Of a stretch of DNA of 64,000 bases, positions 25,148-38,204 are shown in pieces. The stretch is from Octopus sinensis (taxonomy: Eukaryota): positions 106,826,001 to 106,890,000 of the forward strand of contig NC_043004.1 in NCBI RefSeq assembly GCF_006345805.1, given 5' to 3'. Made by a program: the position numbers and the translations under genes. Within the stretch, counting starts at the first letter, position 1, and each line of letters begins with the position of its first letter. The notes beneath the pieces were generated by a model, which had not been told where the DNA came from, did no database searches, and saw nothing but the letters and a program-made list of their open reading frames with translations.

Positions 25148-26021
25148 TTCAAATCCAGGGGAAACAACCCAGTGCTACAGGGAGTTTGTTCTAAAAAGAG
25201 TTATGTCTCTTGGAAGACAAAGAAGTCGAAGTTTAAGACTGAAAATTATATGGCCACCACCTTCAAATTTATACCTTCCTAATTGGATTGATAACTAATA
25301 CAATGGATCTCCTTCAGAATTCAAACCACGGGTGTTCAGTTATTCGAGCAATTAAACCACAAGGCTTATTAGTCTGTAAGTGACTGAGTACACCAAAAAC
25401 ATTTGTACTCTATGTGATTCTCACACGACAGTATGACCCAGCTGCATTTTGGACATCAAAGTACAATTCATCTGACAGGCTTCTCTACAGTTTCCATCTT
25501 TCTAGTTTCAACCCACAAAGTACAGCTCAGAGCTTGGTTTTAGAAAATACTGGAATTTTTGAAAAGTAAAAAAATGTAGCCTGTTATTCTCTTCAAGGGA
25601 ACATTTTTCTTGTTGAAATACACCGAAAAATGGCGACACAGCAGTAAAAAAATAGGGATTTTCATAGAAAAAAAAAGCACCTTTTTGATGTAATTAATTT
25701 TTGGTGTTAACATGGTCGGATTTGAATTTTTTTCTTCTACAGAAGGAAGAGCAAACCTTCTTCTATCATACTCTCAATTTTGGTCAACTTGCGCCGCAGA
25801 GTCTCGGAGGAAATAGTGTTAGTTGAAGGCTACCAAACCTGCCATACGCAGACAACATCAGCTTTATATAGAGAGAGATTTGCTTAAGATGTGTAGAGCA
25901 ATCAAATCCTTGATTTTATTTTTTTGATGGGAACTTCTAAGCTATACATTATATGTATGTAAGTATGTATGTGTGTGTGTGTGTGTGTGTCTGGTTGGCT
26001 GGCTGACTGTATGCATATATG

Positions 26022-27861
26022 CAGAGATGGGCACCATAAATCATAAAGTTAACATCGTTAATCCGTTAACCAAAAACTCAACTTCGTTAATCGTTGATCC
26101 GTTAATTTTTGAAAATGTAACGGAAGTTAACATTGATCCCTTAATGTTAACTGTTATTGAAAAAAGGCATAACTACAGTTTAATACCTTATCGACTTTGT
26201 TGCTTCACGATTTCCAGAAAAATGGATACTTTTTAAGGAAACTTTCACCAAATAATCGCTTATATCCTGCAGATTGAGTATATGTAAAGATTTGTTGTAA
26301 AAAATTTTCTGAGGGGTTGGGGAGAGGAGTTTCGGAAAAATCACAGGACCCGACAAATTTTCCCTCATAACTTACTGGAAAATATGTATTTTTTAATGGA
26401 ATTTTATACCAATACCTTTCAAACCATGTAGATTATGATTACAAAGAAATTTGTAGTCAAAATGTTTGGAAGGAGGAGTTTCTAGAAAACGGATTTTTGG
26501 ATCAGATGGCCCACATAAGTTGGAATTTCTCCGTTTTGACGGGGATTTTTTCAAATGTTCTTCGCCAAAGTCTTCAGAGAGATGGGAAAAGAAAAAATTT
26601 TGAAATTTTTTTCCATTCCTGCCATCACCTCACCACCCCAGTCCGAAACGATTTTGGCCATTTTTTTTTCACTATGCACTTAAAACCCGCGAGAGAAACA
26701 TTTTCCGTTTAAAAAATAATTGTTAATGATTTCAGAGGAAAATGTGTGATTTAAGGGAGCTGTGGCTGTTGTTTCTAGCACATCCCAAAACCTCCCTCCT
26801 CGTTTTTTTTCTCACTCACACATCTATTGATATTTTTCAATATTTTTCTCCCCATAAACAAATTTTATGGAATGATGATATTAAAGTAACATACATGTAG
26901 TCCTAACTGAACGAGGCTATGTTATGTGTATGTGTAAGAAAAAAACACCTAAAAATATCTTTAGTATTAATATTGATTTGTCAAATGTAATGCTTATTTG
27001 CTCACATTATCTTGAATTATTCAGGTTCAAGAGAGGTGTCCACAATAATTGCTTGTAACTTTGTAAATATTTTACATACAGATTTAAAGTTTTGTCAGTG
27101 AGTACTTTATATACTACTGGTTTATAGTTATGTGACTTTAGCTGATCTTACTGAGTAAATTTGACTTTTATGGGCAGGTAAATTTAATTAAAAGTAAAAG
27201 CAATGTCAATATGGATGAAAGCTGAAATTGAAATTTTGTTTGATTTGTTACTAAAATTATCCCAGATGGCAACCAACAAAAATTTTGCCACTTTTGAAGA
27301 TGAGGTACATTAATTTGAATTAATTAAAATACAGGTATAATTGGTACAAGATTTTGTTCTTTTGGTAAATATTTCGTACCTCGGTGTGGAATAATTTTTT
27401 TTCACAGATTTTTTTTCAGGTGCATTCAATGTGTCTGACCTTGAAACCCACCACAAGCCACTTGTTTCTGGAAAAGAAAGGTGGGTGGGTAGGGGGACAT
27501 CAATCACTGTTCCCTTTTGACTGGACAAAGAAATTTCCTGCTGTCTTTGCAAGCAACAAGCAGGTGAATTTGGTTTCAAATCCAGGCAGGGCCAAATGAG
27601 GTCCTACAAGTTATTTATAATGACAAGTGGCATTATATTGGGGCTGAAAGAATGACACATACAATATTAAATATGCTAAGACAATCTGAAAACAATAGAA
27701 ACTATTAAACACCAGTTTTTATGAAAGTTTTGGCTAAATGTAATGGAAGTTAATTAGTCTGATAATTATTTTCAAAGTTAACTTAAAAGTTATATCATTA
27801 ACAAAAATGTTAACTTCGTTAATTAACGATTAACAGATTAATGGACTTACACCCAGCTCTG
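26022..27861. mobile_element. Non-autonomous hAT element, 1.84 kb
   Basis: Imperfect TIRs CAGAGATGGG / CCCAGCTCTG, exact 8-bp TSD CATATATG (26014-26021, 27862-27869), subterminal GTTAA/CGTTAA repeats at both ends. Confidence 0.88.
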
Positions 27862-28163
27862 CATATATGTATATGCATATGAATGTATATTATTTAATAT
27901 GTCGGTTTCAAATTTTGGCACAAGGCCAGAAAGTTTGAAGGAGAGGGTAAGCTGATTACAACAACCCCCAGTGCACAACTGGTATTAATTTATCAACCCG
28001 AAAGGACGAAAGGCAAAGCTGGCCTTGGTGGAATTTGAAATCAGAACATAGAGACAGACAAGATACCACTAAGCATGTTGCCTCACATGCCAATGATCCT
28101 GCCAGCTTGTTGCCTTATATGATTTAATATATTAATTTGCATAAAAGAAAGTCAGCATCTTAC

Positions 28164-28349
28164 ACTTGAACGTTTGTTGTAATCAACTTCATAATTTGCC
28201 AAAAATTTTAGAGGGCTGGTCACTTTCTTGAATTTCACTGCCAATGTAGTGTCATCCTTTCTATGTCTGTAAACCAATTTATACAGTTCCGCTTTTGTGT
28301 CTGGAGATGGGGTTGTGACGACCATATCACCAGTCATTTCCAGATATTC
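28164..28349 (-). CDS. LLTP exon
   Basis: ttcttttcag|EYLEMTGDMVVTTPSPDTK...ANYEVDYNKRSS|gtaaga; 186 nt, phase 0 to 0. Confidence 0.88.
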
Positions 28350-28416
28350 CTGAAAAGAATCAAATAAAAATATTTGCATAAATTTAAAGTAACAATTTCT
28401 GACAAAGGTATGATGA

Positions 28417-28590
<174 letters not shown>

Positions 28591-28959
28591 TAATTTTTCA
28601 TTTCTTTTTAGTGGTGTAAGGAAGTTGCAGATAATCAAAATCCTATTAGTGCTTGACAGGTTCATATTTTATAATTCCTACTGGTGAAGAGATGGAATCG
28701 CTGCTATCTCTAGCATTCAAACATCCATCACTGACAAGACCAAGGAAGGTTGAAATCAAGTGATCTAGTGGGCTCAGTGCTGGAGGTGGTGGGGATTTCT
28801 CTTCCTGCTACCAATATAAACAAGAGTGCATTTTGCACCAGAAGCCAATATGAGAGTTTCTCTCACAGTAACTATATATACATATATATATTGTCAATGT
28901 AATCATATATCCTAAACCGAAGCATACTCTAAAGTATAGAGCAGTAAAGTGTTAAAGTA

Positions 28960-29160
28960 GTAAAGTTAATGTCTGGTCATAGAATGACCAATAGTTTTGC
29001 ATCCTTGAAGGCTGTGGCTTCATGGACAACTCATCAGATGCTAGTCTGAGGTGAAGAGTTAAATTTGTCTTCAGACTAGAGTCTGATGAGACATCCATGA
29101 AACTACAGCCTTCGTGGATGCCAAACCATTGGTCACTCTATGACCTGAAATTAACTTTAT
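28960..29160. repeat. Inverted pair of about 90-bp units, each with a degenerate hammerhead motif (Penelope-like terminal repeat)
   Basis: Plus: agagt-CTGATGA-gacatcca..tggatgcc-AAAC-catt-GGTC-actct; minus copy 28975-29045 homologous. Confidence 0.7.
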
Positions 29161-30384
29161 TACTTTAATATATATATATATACATATATAATCCCTACTG
29201 GTGATGAGATGGAATCACTGCTATCTCTAGCATTCAAAATCCACTCACAAGGCTTTTGTCAGCTTATGGCTATTGCAGGAGACTCTTGTCCAAGGTGCCA
29301 TGCAGTGGAACCAAGCCTAGAACTATGGTTGAGAAGCAAGCTGCATACCATACTGCTATGCCTGCACCTGTGGTTACTCATATTTAGTAAGGGAGAGAAA
29401 GAAGGATCGGTATGGGCTGCGAAGAGACAGAGGTGCCTGGTGACCCTTGAATGCATGAATAGAGTAGAAGTGAGTAGGAGAGAATAGTTCTACAAAACAG
29501 TTTTGAATGATTTTTCTACAAGTTTTGTCATTATTTAACATTATATTATTCTTTATATGGTATCTCAAGGCTTGAAATTTGAGGGGATGGAGCAAGTCAA
29601 CCACACTGACTCCAGTGCTCAACTGGTACTTATTTTATCAACCCTCAAAGGATGAAAGGCAAAGTTGACCTCAATGGTATTTGAACTCAAAATGCCGAGA
29701 TGATGAAATGCCACTTAGAATTTTGTCCAGTTTGCAAATGATTCTGCCAGCCTAGTGGCTATTTAACATGAAAATATCAATGGTATAATGTAAAAGGCTA
29801 CAGATTTTGGTGAGGGACCAGAGGACTAAATCACCACCAGTTTGTGGTTGATGTTTATTTGATCAAACTCAGAGTCATGGTCTCTACAGCTGGGTGTCCT
29901 TATTAGAACCAACCACTTTACAGAGTGTATGGTGTGCTTCTTATGTGACACCAGTACCAGTTCTATTACATGGCACCAGCACCAGTGCTGTTATGTGGCA
30001 CTGACACAGGTACTTTTTACATGGCCCTGGTACAGGTGCCTTTCATGTAGCACTGACACCGCTGACCAAACCACTGACCAAACATTTTCTGGTTCAGACT
30101 AGAGTCAGATGTTACATCCTCTAGTCTCTACGACAGATGAATCTATAGAAAATGGATCTTCCCTTGGTGTGGCTCACTACCTTGGCTGGAGACTTCATCA
30201 CTTTCGGAAGTAAAATGTTACACCTATATTTTCTCTCATTGCATTTGTTTTACCTTTGAATGAATGAATCGTCCATTGGGTGTTGCTTGTACAAAAGATA
30301 TATTTTTTATGATTTCTCTGTCATCGTCATCGTTATGGCTATTTTCTTATCTGCATCATCATTGGTGTAATCTTTATCTTTTAT

Positions 30385-30774
30385 CTTTTACTTGTTTCAG
30401 TCATTAGACTGTGGCCATGCTGGGGCACCACCTTAAGGAATTTTAGTTCAACAAATCAACCACAGTACTTATTTTTTTTAAAGCCTGGTATTAATTCTAT
30501 TGGTCTTTTTTGCCAAGTCACTAAGTTACAGGGATGTAAACACACCAACACCAGTTGTCAAGCAGTGGTGGGGGACAAACACAGACACAAAAACACATTC
30601 ACACATACACATACACATTTATTCATGGCAAGCTTCTTTCAGTTTCCCTCTACATAATCTACTCACAAAATTTGGTCAGCCTGAGTCTATAGTAGAAGAT
30701 ACTTGCCCAAGGTGCCACACAGTGGGACTGAACCAGGAACCATGTGGTTGGGAAGCAAACTTCTTACCACACCG
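30385..30774 (-). mobile_element. SINE family A
   Basis: Reverse complement of family A. Confidence 0.85.
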
Positions 30775-30893
30775 CTACAACTGATCTCAATAATGCATTC
30801 TTTGTTATTGCCACAAGGGCAGTGGATGTGGGAATGTTACAGAAGCAGGTTGCAAAAAATATACAGATTTACATCAATAACTTTTCTACTATA

Positions 30894-31290
30894 GGTGCAG
30901 GAGTGGCTGTGTGGAAAGTAGCTTGCTTAACAACCACATGGTTATGGGTTCAGTCCCACTGCATGGCATCTTGAGCAAGTGTCTTCTACTATAGCCTTGG
31001 GCCGACCAAAGCCTTGTGAGTGGACTTGGTAGACGGAAACTCAAAGAAGCCTGTCGTATATATGTATATATGTATGTGTGTGTATGTTTGTGTGTCTGTG
31101 TTTGTCCCCCTAGCATTGCTTGACAACCAATGCTGGTGTGTTTATGTCCCTGTCACTTAGCAGTTCGGCAAAAGGGACCGATAGAAAAAGTACTGGGCTT
31201 ACAAAGAATAAGTCCCGGGGTCGATTTGCTCGACTAAAGGGGGTGCTCCAGCATGGCTGCAGTCAAATGACTGAAACAAGTAAAAGAGTA
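30894..31290 (+). mobile_element. SINE family A, full length
   Basis: ggtgcaggagtggctgtgtgg...gaaacaagtaaaagagt. Confidence 0.9.
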
Positions 31291-31557
31291 TAGACAGAAG
31301 GCTTGACATTTAGGGGATGGGGGAATAGTCGCTTACATCGACCCCAGTACTCAACTGGTATTTATTTTGTCAACCCTGAAAGAATAAACAGCAAAGTCGA
31401 CCTCGGCAGAATTTGAACTCAAAGCTAGAAGACGGATGAAATACTGCTAAGCATTTCCCCCGGCATGCTAACGATTCTGCCAGTTCACTGCATTCAGATT
31501 TACAATAATAACAAACAACTTACATGTTTTATATAATAAAAGAATGGAATTTATTAC

Positions 31558-31649
31558 CTGGCCCCAATCATGATCCCAGGTAATATTACCGGTCAGCTTT
31601 CCTTTATTGTTTGCTTCATTCATGTGACTCAGATATGTATAATCATGAC
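31558..31649 (-). CDS. LLTP exon
   Basis: tttctaactacag|(G)HDYTYLSHMNEANNKGKLTGNITWDHDWGQ|gtaata; 92 nt, phase 1 to 0; not in ORF track. Confidence 0.85.
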
Positions 31650-31718
31650 CTGTAGTTAGAAATATTTAAAACCATGAATAATCATTAAACCTAGGTAGAT
31701 ATATATATATATATATAT

Positions 31719-31927
31719 ATAAATGGAGCTTAACGCAGGTTAATTCAAATACTTTTACTTCTGACACATGTTTCAAAGATTTCACTGATATTATTCCAAA
31801 GGAATACATGGTGTAAAACAATGTAATCTTCTCTTCAGGGAAGTGAAGAAATAATATCAGTGAAATCTTCGAAACATGTGTCAGAAGTAAAAGTATTTGA
31901 ATTATACCTGCGTTAAACTCCATTTAT
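31719..31927. repeat. Inverted repeat, about 77-bp arms, 54-nt spacer (Penelope-like terminal sequence)
   Basis: 31719-31795 versus 31850-31927 with about 3 differences. Confidence 0.9.
31757..31844 (-). ncRNA. Minimal type I hammerhead ribozyme motif (sense to host pre-mRNA)
   Basis: acttcc-CTGAAGA-gaagatt-[41 nt]-aatcttt-GAAAC-atgt-GTC-agaagt; predicted cut after C31763. Confidence 0.6.
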
Positions 31928-31964
31928 TTATTTATATATTATACAAAAAATTCCATGTAAACCC

Positions 31965-32019
<55 letters not shown>

Positions 32020-32573
32020 TAAATTCATACATACCTAAATTCTCATACATACATACATACAAATATAAAATTAAATATATGACAAGATCATAGGAATTAT
32101 GTAATCAGTTAATGAAGTTGAATAAACAAATCCTATTCCCTTGTTTACTTAATTTGGTTCAATAAATTCTCATAATGGGAATGATCTATGGCTTTACCCC
32201 TTCCTCTATCTATAAATAGAAAAAATTCTTGTTTGTCTCCATTGAACCACATGTAGAAACCTCTTCCCCATTGATAAATCTAAATAACAAAGTGAACTCA
32301 GTGATAAAAAATCTACAGATGGAGAAGGACCTTCTACTACCATGTTCTTGATAATAAAATTAACCTCTCTGTCTATATATCTACCCTCTTTGTAATGTTG
32401 GCAAATGAAATAAGTATAAAAATGTACATTGTCCATTTAATTAAAAAATTCTATATGTGGCTGAAGATTGCTCTACATTTTAAAACTGATGTAATACTTA
32501 CATTGTTTAATGAAATGAAGTAGCATGAAACGATTGTACTACACTACCCTGGATATCCTTGTTGCTTATTTTG

Positions 32574-32619
<46 letters not shown>

Positions 32620-33117
32620 ACTCGTGGCCGTGGCACGTAAAATACTCCAATGCGACCGTACGACAGGCACCCATGCCAACCCCCTTTGTTTGTGAAGACA
32701 TGTTGGGGCAAGCGAAATCGAAATCGAATTGAACCAGCCAGGATCCCTGGTCTGGTGGTACGTAAAAAGCACTATCCGACTCGTGGCCGATGCCAGCACC
32801 GCCTCGACTGGCTTCCGTGCCGGTGGCACATAAAATACACCAATCTGACCGTGGCCGTTGCCAGCCTCGCCTGGCACCTGTACAGGTGGCACGTAAAAAT
32901 CACCCACTACACTCACAGAGTGGTTGGCGTTAGGAAGGGCATCCAGCTGTAGAAACATTGCCAGATTAGACTGGAGCCTGGTGCAGCCTTCTGGCTTCCC
33001 AGAACCCCAGTCGAACCGTCCAACCCATGCTAGCATGGAGAACGGACGTTAAACGATGATGATGATGATATACACATATATATATATATATACATACATA
33101 CTTATATATAAAAATAA

Positions 33118-33338
33118 CTGTTTCCTTCTTGATCCATGCCAGGCTCATAAGGGCTGGTGTCCCAGTTTCAGTGGCATATATTTCCCACCTGGATGGGACG
33201 CCAATCTGTCACGGGGTTACCCATTTTTGCCAGCTGTGTGGACTGGAGCAACATGAAATGTTCTGCCTGGTCCAGGAATTGAAACCGCAATCTTACAATC
33301 ATGAGTCCAACACCCTAACCACTAAGCCACGCATCTCC
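33118..33338 (-). mobile_element. CORE-like head + V-domain-like tail SINE
   Basis: Head E, then gacagattggcgtcccatccaggtggg; similar copy at about 48100-48346. Confidence 0.7.
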
Positions 33339-33519
33339 ACTACACACAAACACACTGCAGTTTGCCAATAACTATTCTGCTTTCCTTTCCTAAGCCCACC
33401 TCTATTGGAAGCAGCACTGGGTTAACTATTAAGCAAAATAAGCATGTGCTAAGAGCACCAATGGTAGGAGGAGGCACCATAGAAATGGTAAATGGTTTAC
33501 AACACAAAAGAAATCACTT

Positions 33520-33836
33520 TAAACTTGCTAAAATAATTATTCGGGATGCCTTATTTCTACTAAGTATAGAAGCAGATGTGTTACCTAAGATTAATTTTGA
33601 GGATCTGATCAAAGACTTTGCAATTCAAAAATGTAGGAGGAAACTTTTCAAATATAAATGGAAATAAGTGGAAATATGCAAAAATTATTTTCCTTCTTAC
33701 TATTTTGTTTCAATTTGAAAAATGAACATTTATTGTATGGTTTGCTATTGTTCATATTTTGAATTACATAATCTTTTATGGGGGCACCAAAATCTTTTAA
33801 GTGCTTAGGGCCTCGATGGGTCTTAATCCAGCCTTG
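33520..33836 (+). mobile_element. hAT transposase C-terminal fragment with 3' TIR
   Basis: LLSIEADVLPKINFEDLIKDFAIQKCRRK (hAT dimerisation-domain end); terminus ttaatccagccttg. Confidence 0.78.
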
Positions 33837-33905
33837 ATTGGAAGTACTGTATAGTACCATCCTTATCTCTCAGATTACTTGCTAAATCTAAGTCATTTTA
33901 CTTAC

Positions 33906-34063
33906 CAGGATAATGAAACTTTAATTTTCTGACAGCTATCCATTTATTGTTATTTTTGTTTCTAGTTCTCTCCATAAGGAACTTCACATGGGTAACATCA
34001 TTGTCCTTGCCAGCTTTTACTGGGTCAATGTGGAACTGATACAAAATGGGATAACCGGGAGGG
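33906..34063 (-). CDS. LLTP exon (acceptor position uncertain)
   Basis: tttcaaaag|(C)PPGYPILYQFHIDPVKAGKD...KLKFHYP G|gtaagt; alternative acceptor ttgtatcag about 27 nt further in. Confidence 0.8.
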
Positions 34064-34150
34064 CTTTTGAAACAGAAAAACAGAAAGAAAAATAAGGAGA
34101 GTTTTGACAAAAAAATCCTATAAGTTAATAAATAATAATGACTTCTAATA

Positions 34151-34600
34151 TAAGGTGGCGAGGGAGGCAGAAACATTAGCATGCAGGGCAAAATGCTTAG
34201 CGGTATTTCGTCTGTCTTTACGTTCTGAGTTCAAATTCCACCAAGGTCAGCTTTGCCTTTCCTCCTTTCAGGCTCGATAAATTAAGTACCAGTTGCATAA
34301 TGAGAATGATCAAATTAACTGGCCCCCTCCCCAAAAATTTCGGGCCTTGTGCCTGGAGTAGAAAAGAACATATTACATTTCTTAAGGCGGCGAGCTGGCA
34401 GAAATGTTAGCACGCTGGGCAAAATGCTTAGTGGTATTTCATCTGTCTTTATGCTCTGAGTTCAAATTCCGCTGAGGTCGACTTTGCCTTTCATCCTTTC
34501 AAGGTTGATAAATTAAGTACCAGTTGTGTATTAGGGTCGATCTAATTGACTGGCCCCCTCCCCAAAAATGTTGGGCCCTGTGCCTAGAGTAGAAAAGAAT
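34151..34600 (+). mobile_element. Two tandem copies of tRNA-derived SINE family B
   Basis: taaggcggcgagctggcagaa...gagttcaaattcc...ctttcatcctttc..gataaattaagtaccag (resembles Nin/Deu domain, from memory); about 20 copies in the window. Confidence 0.85.
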
Positions 34601-35979
34601 AATGACTTCTAATAATATCAAAAGGTTGAGTTGTCGCTTGACTGGATTAACTCTAGTATTTGATTGGGAATTTTTTTTTGTGGATCACCCACTGTAGAAT
34701 TTGAAACCTGAACATAGAGCTGCATATGATACTTAATTTGGTGGCTTATCATTTCTCACCTTCTTAGTTAGTTGGTTAATTAATTAATTAATTAAACAAA
34801 AATAAGGATATAGCAAAAGATATAGAAATAGAATTCTTTAAAATGAATAGATAAGCAAATGAATAAACAGAGGAAAGTGAAGGGTGACCTCGGTAGAATC
34901 TGGACCCAGAATGTAAAGAGGGATGAAATATTGCTAAGCATTTTCATGCTCATGCTAACCATTCTACCAGCTCAATGCCTTAATAATAATAATCCTTTCT
35001 ATTATTGGCACAAAGCCTGAAATATTGGGAAAAAGGGGTTAGTCAATTACACTGACCCCAATGCTTGATTAGTACTTATTTTATTGATCTCAAAAGAATG
35101 AAAGGCAAAGTTGACCCCGGCAGAATTTGAACTCAGATGCAGCACTACTAAGCCTTTCACCCAGCATGCTAATGATTCTGCCAGCTTGCCACTTTAATAA
35201 TAATAACAATAATAATCATCTTTTCAAATACAGGCACAATGTCTGAAATTATGGGGGAGGGGGATAGTCAATTACATTGACCCCAGTACACAACTGGTAC
35301 ATATTTCATCGATCTTGACATTATTATTATTATTATTGAGTGGGAGAGCAGTGCATACCATCAAAGTGACACTGGAGTACAAATATATGAAGCTTAATGT
35401 ACCCATCATGACTATCCATCTGGTAAGGGTACACCGAGCACATGCATCACAACCATATGTGTGTGATATGGTGATGTCATATCAAGATAAACAGTGCATG
35501 ACCTTGCAGGTGGGGGTCTAGTTAGACTTTTCTTCAGGTCGAGTAGCCCATCCCACTGAAAAGGTCACTGAATAAGGGTTGTTTAAGGATGTTTAACAAA
35601 ACACTCCTGTTTCCAGAGGTGAATTATTCAAACCCCAAAGAATTCCTCTCAACTCATGGCTGTGATGCTTCCTAACAACTCCAGTTCATGATCAGAGATG
35701 CACATATCGTCAGTCACTAAGGGACAAAGTCAACTGGTTAAGGTCAAACAATGACAAGCAAATCTGTGGTATTGAGCAGAATATTTGCTGTAGCCCATCT
35801 TTTATACCAAGACAAAACAATGTACATGATAACACTTCCGATCAGTTAAGATCAGAAACCACGGGAGCCAGTGCCAGGTATTGCACCACCACCACCACCA
35901 CCACCACCACTGCTGAACATGCATCTTGAGCCCAAAATGAATAAAACAAGGTTTTGTAAATAAGTAAAATGATACAAAC

Positions 35980-36110
35980 CAATGGTATTTTGTGTTAAAA
36001 AGCCAAACAGTTTTTGTGCTAACTTCAGAAAGTTCAAAGGTGGTTTCAGAAATGACTTCCATTAAACTGAGCCTAAGATTGGCAAACATTTTATTGTTAG
36101 AATTTATTCC
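35980..36110 (-). CDS. LLTP exon (donor position uncertain by 4 nt)
   Basis: ttctttacag|GINSNNKMFANLRLSLMEVISETTFELSEVSTKTVWLFNTKYH TG|gtttgt; alternative donor gtatca would end the exon at 35976. Confidence 0.8.
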
Positions 36111-37951
36111 CTGTAAAGAAGCAAGAAAACAGTGTAAATTAGAATTAGAATCATCATCACCAAAATTATTATCATTTTACATTCATTTTTCCTTACTGCT
36201 ATGTGTTTGATGAGTGTACCCCAAAACAGCATCCAACCAATAATTGCATTTCTTTGCCATCTCTTTTTCCCAATCCTTCTTCACCCAACTTTTCTTCTTC
36301 ATATGCATCTTATGTCCCAGTCAGCACAGTCTTACCTATTGACATGGTGCTGTACTCTTCTGATGCCCATTGAAACTCTGTTCTTAACTCTGGGAAACTA
36401 TTCTTTCACAACACCCACCTCCACTCCTGATTAGATCACCTGGATAATGGAGTCTGTTAACTACTTCTTCCTTTACAGCATCAGTGAACACAGGAGTGCC
36501 ACTACCAACCACATAAACACGTTTATCAACAATGTCCTCATTAACACTGACATACTGTTTCACAATTTGGAAAATTCACCACATCCCTAATCATGTAATG
36601 CTGATTTCAAATTTTGTCACAAGGCCAGCAAATTCGGAGGAGGGAGCAAGTCGATTACTTTGATCTCCCAACAATTACCTGATGCTTATTTTATTCGAAA
36701 GGATGAATGGCAAGGTCAACCTTGGTGCAATTTGAACACAGAATGTAAGGATGAATGAAATACCACTAAGCATTTTGCTGATGGTTCTGCCAGGTTGCTG
36801 CCTTCTCTAATCATGTAATATTGTCAGTACAATTGGTTAACACATTTGGTTATTAACCAGAAAGTTGGTGGTTTGAACCCACCCAAAGACAATAGCATTT
36901 TTCAAAACATTTGGCTACATCAAAAATGCTTTACATCAAGGTGATGCTTCAGCATGGCCACAATCCAATGACTGAAACAAGTAGAAGATAAAACCTCGTA
37001 CTTTTGGATTCCCATCCAGCAAAATATACCTGGTGCTTTTCATCTAATTACTTGATATCATTCTTTGTTCCCTTTCCACTTACATTTTCCCAGGTACATC
37101 TCATAGCTATTATGGCTATATCTACCATTCGGTTCCCCAAACTGGTAACTCTCCATCTAGCAAGAATGTTGTTCCATCCACAGATGCAGGATATGGTTCA
37201 CACTAGTTCCTCTTTTGAATCACTCAATTGCTCTTTATAGTTTTCTCTCATGCACCAAACAACACGACTCATTGGAAATAGTTATGACTGACGAGTGATG
37301 ATTGTGCTTTCACTGATTTAAAGTTTCAACTTTATTGTTGGTTATGAACCTAAAGTAAGGCACATCACTCAATCCAGTTAAACCTAACTTCTATCCACAA
37401 TTAAGATATTGACAAATCTACTTCATTTAAAAAGGACTTTGGTGAATGAGGTTTCCATGCTGTATAAGTAACCAAGATCTCTTGAACGGGTCACCAGTGC
37501 AACACCCTAACCACTAGATAATGTGCCTTCACTTAGCCTCTCATTAATTGAGGGTTGACATCATCACCATCATCATCAACATTTAACGTCCATTTTTCAT
37601 GCTGGCATGGGGTGGATGGCTTGACAGGAACTGACAAAATCAGGGACCATACCAAGTTATATAGTCTGTTTTGGTTTGGGTTTTTATAGTTGGATGCCCT
37701 TCCTAACACCAATCCCTTTACAGAGTGTACTAGGTGCTTTTTACATGGCACCAGCACCCACACAAATGCTTTTTATATGGAACCTTGGTTTCAGGATTTC
37801 AACTCTGTTGTGGTGGGCAGGTCTTCTTGAGTAAGATAAGTATGAGTAATATATTTGGGATTGTTTTATGTAATGAATAAAGCCTATCCTCACATACACA
37901 TGCACAAACATTTGGGATTAGCACAGGAAACCATTCTATTTTACAACTTAC

Positions 37952-38160
37952 TTTGAAGTGAATTCCTAATATTTCTTTTATTCGGAGAACAGTGAGTGTC
38001 ATGTCGAAGTTTACTTTATGAATTTGCTTTGTTCTATGTTTGTTAAGTTCTAAGTTGAAGGATATATCCTGCATGTCTGGAAACCTGGTGGTCACTGAAA
38101 GCTTGTCCCCGTCTAGGCTTTGTTTCACATAAATTGAGACTTTATCGTAGGTTGATGAGT
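37952..38160 (-). CDS. LLTP exon
   Basis: ttttattcag|(D)SSTYDKVSIYVKQSLDGDKLSVTTRFP...ILGIHFK|gtaagt; 209 nt, phase 1 to 0. Confidence 0.9.
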
Positions 38161-38204
38161 CTGAATAAAAATAAAAATAACAATAACAACAACAATAATA
38201 ATTA

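Noticed and set aside
30254-30285. 32-nt candidate exon (A)TPNGRFIHSK with good donor
   Set aside because: Phase 1 to 0 role is already filled by the stronger 31558-31649 exon; both together break the frame
32206-32436. ORF fragment EGRYIDREVNFIIKNM as candidate exon
   Set aside because: Weak acceptor and donor; phase conflict with exon 31558-31649
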